The notes under the pieces were generated by a model. The model was not told the origin of the DNA. It saw nothing but the letters and a program-made list of their open reading frames with translations, and did not search any database. Positions 60,802 to 64,000 of a stretch of DNA of 64,000 bases are shown here, one piece after another (position 1 is the first letter of the stretch; every line of letters begins with the position of its first letter). Source of the stretch: Spirochaetia bacterium. Its GTDB lineage: Bacteria; Spirochaetota; Spirochaetia; CADAEX01. The position numbers were made by a program, and so were the translations under genes. The stretch spans positions 32,001 through 96,000 of the forward strand of contig CAXXHA010000035.1 of NCBI GenBank assembly GCA_963662265.2. Direction: 5' to 3'.

Positions 60802-61140
60802 ATGAGAATAGCAGTTCCTGTGGCTGCAGGTAAACTCTGTATGCATTTTGGCCACTGTGAAAAATTTTCAGTATTTGAAATTGATGCTGAATCAAAAAAT
60901 ATTAAAAGCAGGGAAGATCTTGATCCGCCGCCTCATCAGCCGGGACTTCTTCCTGTATGGCTTGCGGAAAGGGGAGTAACAAATGTTATTGCCGGCGGAA
61001 TGGGCCAGAGAGCTCAGGCTATTTTCAGCAGCAACAATATCAATGTCACTGTAGGTGCTCAGGGAGAAAATCCTGAAGATATAATAAATGATTACCTTAG
61101 TGGAAGTCTTTCAGTTGGAAGCAATACCTGTGATCATTAG
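60802..61140 (+). CDS. NifB/NifX family protein
   Basis: CMHFGHCE, PPHQPG, IAGGMG, NTCDH. Confidence 0.88.
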   Translation: MRIAVPVAAGKLCMHFGHCEKFSVFEIDAESKNIKSREDLDPPPHQPGLLPVWLAERGVTNVIAGGMGQRAQAIFSSNNINVTVGAQGENPEDIINDYLSGSLSVGSNTCDH

Positions 61141-61584
61141 GAAATAGTTTTATTTCAAGCTACAATTTAAAAAAGTCGATTTTTAATAATATTTCAGGAT
61201 TTTTCCGGTCAGATAACACTGGATTTTACAGGGATTGCTGTGAAGTTCAAATCTGAAAGTAAAAAAGCCGGAAAAATGTTTTTTTAGTGTTGATTTATGA
61301 ACATCTGTGCAATATCCTTTTATGGTGGTTTTTTTGATATTTAATATTGCAGGTATTTATAGTATAAGGGAATCTTTAAAACTATGTTTTTATTCTGAAT
61401 TTAACTATAAATTCTTGTATGATAATGACTTGTTATATGTTAAAACATAGTTTTTTCGTATAGACTCCCATGTGGGTAGAGATCCAGGGAAAAAACTCCC
61501 AATAGCGGGTTTTAGAAGTGCCCATAAGGAATAATTTGATAAACAACTGCACACCAGGTGCAAAACCATATTAGAGGATATAGT

Positions 61585-62043
61585 ATGCCCAGACCCAGAA
61601 AAGACAGAATGGTAGACAGGCCCCCCTTGTGGACGGCATTTAAAGTCGCCGGTAAAAGAAGCCGAAACGGTATTCCGGTTGCAATGAGTCTTGATGAGTA
61701 TGAAGCAATAAGACTTGCAGATTATGAAGGACTTGAACATGCGGAAGCAGCTCGAATCATGGATATTTCCAGGCCGACATTTACCAGGCTTATAGAAAGT
61801 GCCCGTAAAAAAACTGCTCTTCTTATTATTGAAGGCAAGGAGATCCGGATAGAGGGCGGGAGTGTTCATTTTAAAGGTAATATTTACCGTTGCCTTGACT
61901 GCGGCCGGCTGACAGATGCTGATTTTGAAAATGAAGTTATCAATTGCCCGGAATGCGGTTCCGAAAAAATAATAAATATAGCTGAAAGTTTCGGCCATGG
62001 AAGATGCTGCAGGGGGCATGGTAACAGCGGCAGGAGATTTTAA
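61585..62043 (+). CDS. DUF134 DNA-binding protein with C-terminal Zn/Fe ribbon
   Basis: MPRPRK, DEYEAIRLAD, ISRPTFTR, IEGG; CxxC...CPECGS. Confidence 0.9.
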   Translation: MPRPRKDRMVDRPPLWTAFKVAGKRSRNGIPVAMSLDEYEAIRLADYEGLEHAEAARIMDISRPTFTRLIESARKKTALLIIEGKEIRIEGGSVHFKGNIYRCLDCGRLTDADFENEVINCPECGSEKIINIAESFGHGRCCRGHGNSGRRF

Positions 62044-62044
62044 A

Positions 62045-62821
62045 ATGAAATTATCAGTTCTTGCGGATAATACCGCATCAGGAACTTTTCTTGCGGAACA
62101 CGGACTTTCATATTTTATTGAACATGATATAAAAATTCTGTTCGATACAGGACACAGCGATGTTTTCCTTAAAAATGCAGAGGCCCTGTCTATAAACCTT
62201 GATGATGCTGATTATATTGTTCTCAGTCACGGTCACTGGGATCACGGCAATGGCCTTAAGTATCTGAGGAGAAAACCCCTCATCTGTCACCCTACAGTCT
62301 TTGACAAGAAATTCAGGCTTGATGGCAGAACTCCCAATGGAATGGATCTGACTTATGATGATGCTGTAAAACAGTTTGAACTTGGAATGAGCAGCGAGCC
62401 TGTTGAGCTTTCTGAAAACATTATCTTTCTGGGTGAAATTCCCCGAACAACATCTTTTGAATCGAAAGAAACTCCTTTTGTTGATGAAAAAGGAATTCCG
62501 GATTTTATAAAGGATGATTCAGCACTTGCGGTAATTGACAACGGGGAACTGGTTGTTGTTTCCGGATGTGCGCATTCCGGGATATGCAATATTATTGAAT
62601 ATGCAAAAAAAGTAACCGGGATTGATAAAATACGAACAGTTATCGGCGGATTCCATCTCAAGGATGATGGTGAGCAGACACAGAAAACTGTAAAATATTT
62701 CAGGAAAGCAAGCATCAGGTATATATGCCCCTCCCATTGCAATGAACTTCCGGCTCTCGCAGCTCTGTATAATGAATTTAAAATCAGGCAGGTTAAGAGC
62801 GGCATGGTTCTGGATATTTAG
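62045..62821 (+). CDS. MBL-fold metallo-hydrolase
   Basis: AEHGLS, FDTG, SHGHWDHGNG, GCAHSG, GGFH, PSHC. Confidence 0.9.
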   Translation: MKLSVLADNTASGTFLAEHGLSYFIEHDIKILFDTGHSDVFLKNAEALSINLDDADYIVLSHGHWDHGNGLKYLRRKPLICHPTVFDKKFRLDGRTPNGMDLTYDDAVKQFELGMSSEPVELSENIIFLGEIPRTTSFESKETPFVDEKGIPDFIKDDSALAVIDNGELVVVSGCAHSGICNIIEYAKKVTGIDKIRTVIGGFHLKDDGEQTQKTVKYFRKASIRYICPSHCNELPALAALYNEFKIRQVKSGMVLDI

Positions 62822-62846
62822 CTTATTAAGGATTGAGGTGCTTGAA

Positions 62847-63782
62847 ATGTATAAATATCTGTTTGGACCGGTTCCCTCCAGAAGGCTGGGTATCTCATTG
62901 GGTGTTGATATTATTCCCTACAAGGTGTGTACGTTAAACTGTATTTACTGTGAATGCGGATTGACAACAAACCTTACTCTTGAAAGAAAGGAATATGTCT
63001 CATCTTCTGATGTTATAAAAGAATTAAAACATTATTTTTCCCGGAACAGGAAAATTGATTACATAACTTTCTCCGGAGGAGGAGAACCTCTTTTAAACTC
63101 ATCTCTCGGTACTGTTCTTGACTGGATAAAGTGTAATATTAAAGATATTCCGACTGCTGTCCTGACAAACGGGACACTGCTGTCTGATCATTGTATCAGA
63201 AAGGAAATACTGAAAGCAGATCTTGTGATTCCTTCTCTTGATACTGCCAGTATAGAGTCTTTCAAAAAACTTGACAGGCCTCATGAGGATATTGATCTTA
63301 ATGAATATGTTCAGGGTCTTGCTGATTTCAGAAGAGAATACAGCGGCAGAATCTGGCTGGAAATATTTATTCTTCCCGGGTACAACAATGACAGGGATAA
63401 TCTGATTCAGTTGAAGAAAGCAATAGACAGGATAAAACCTGATAAAATACAGCTTAATACTCTCGACAGGCCAGGTACTGAATCCGGATTGTTGGCAGCT
63501 TCCCGTGCGGAACTTCAGAGTATAATTGATTTCTGGAGAATTCCGGAGGCGGAAATAATAAAATCAGCACCTGTCAGGAAAAATATTGAATCCTACAGGG
63601 AAGATACGGAAACAGCAATTGTTGAGACAATAAAAAGAAGACCCTGTACGCTTGAAGACTTGTCAACTATTCTTGGAATTCATATCAATGAAATAAACAA
63701 GTACCTTGGAGTGCTTGAAGAGGAAAGTTCGGTGGTCGTTGATGTTCAGAAAAGGGGTGTATTCTACAAAGCAGCTATGTGA
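62847..63782 (+). CDS. Radical SAM protein
   Basis: FGPVPSRRLGISLG, CTLNCIYC (CxxxCxxC), SGGGEP. Confidence 0.92.
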   Translation: MYKYLFGPVPSRRLGISLGVDIIPYKVCTLNCIYCECGLTTNLTLERKEYVSSSDVIKELKHYFSRNRKIDYITFSGGGEPLLNSSLGTVLDWIKCNIKDIPTAVLTNGTLLSDHCIRKEILKADLVIPSLDTASIESFKKLDRPHEDIDLNEYVQGLADFRREYSGRIWLEIFILPGYNNDRDNLIQLKKAIDRIKPDKIQLNTLDRPGTESGLLAASRAELQSIIDFWRIPEAEIIKSAPVRKNIESYREDTETAIVETIKRRPCTLEDLSTILGIHINEINKYLGVLEEESSVVVDVQKRGVFYKAAM

Positions 63783-63818
63783 TTCTGCTGTTTCATGGTT
63801 AGAATTAAAAGATAGATT

Positions 63819-63855
63819 AAACAGGATTTCCGGCCGGAAATCCTGTTTTTTTTTT
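63819..63855 (+). terminator. Intrinsic terminator
   Basis: Perfect palindrome AAACAGGATTTCCGGCCGGAAATCCTGTTT followed by a long T-run. Confidence 0.8.
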
Positions 63856-63894
63856 GATTATTTAAAACTTTCTTCTCATATGTTTTGAAAATTA

Positions 63895-63942
63895 TTGACA
63901 TCCGGGTATATGTGATGTATATTTATAATGAACATAAGTTCA
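63895..63942 (+). promoter_or_regulatory. sigma-70 promoter with downstream palindromic operator
   Basis: TTGACA-17-TATATT, then TGAACATAAGTTCA (63929-63942). Confidence 0.65.
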
Positions 63943-63990
63943 AAACAGCCAGGTGGCTGGAAAATACATTAAAATGTAAGGAGGCTTAAT

Positions 63991-64000
63991 ATGCCGCGTG
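63991..64000 (+). CDS. Start of next gene (MPR...), truncated by window edge
   Basis: AAGGAGG RBS and ATG; only 3 full codons visible. Confidence 0.5.

Noticed and set aside
58881-61140. Nitrogen fixation cluster
   Set aside because: Only NifX-fold small proteins and Mrp; no nifHDK or nifEN in the window
61405-62019. 204 aa minus-strand ORF and other antisense ORFs in the track
   Set aside because: Shadows of well-supported genes on the opposite strand, with no motifs

Overview
AT-rich bacterial chromosome segment, most likely from an anaerobic free-living spirochaete (inferred from lipoprotein signal style, gatCAB plus non-discriminating aspS, and an ODP-type sensor). It carries a partial WD40 lipoprotein, a serA-like/Lrp/DUF1015 unit, gatCAB-aspS, an iron/AfuA-type ABC transporter, two diguanylate cyclases, several transporters, an ADP-forming acyl-CoA ligase, RNHCP-rsgA-MATE, a LacI-controlled inositol cluster (iolBDEG plus a SauS-like acylating aldehyde dehydrogenase), an OrpR-like sigma-54 activator, an ~8.2 kb surface-protein/two-component island bounded by a duplicated gene end, a single-chain ~1840 aa biotin carboxylase with a thioesterase, and an orange-protein-like NifX/Mrp/DUF134/radical SAM cluster. 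No rRNA, tRNA, CRISPR array, transposase or integrase was recognised. The strongest unexplained signals are non-coding: (1) a sigma-54 promoter with paired upstream palindromes driving an ~265 nt structured, terminator-ended RNA that contains a Gln-Gln-Gln uORF just upstream of gatCAB; (2) a structured ~95 bp repeat array with AGGA-loop hairpins at 35.5 kb; (3) a 13-aa leader peptide ahead of RNHCP-rsgA-MATE. All calls come from motifs read by eye; no searches or folding were run.
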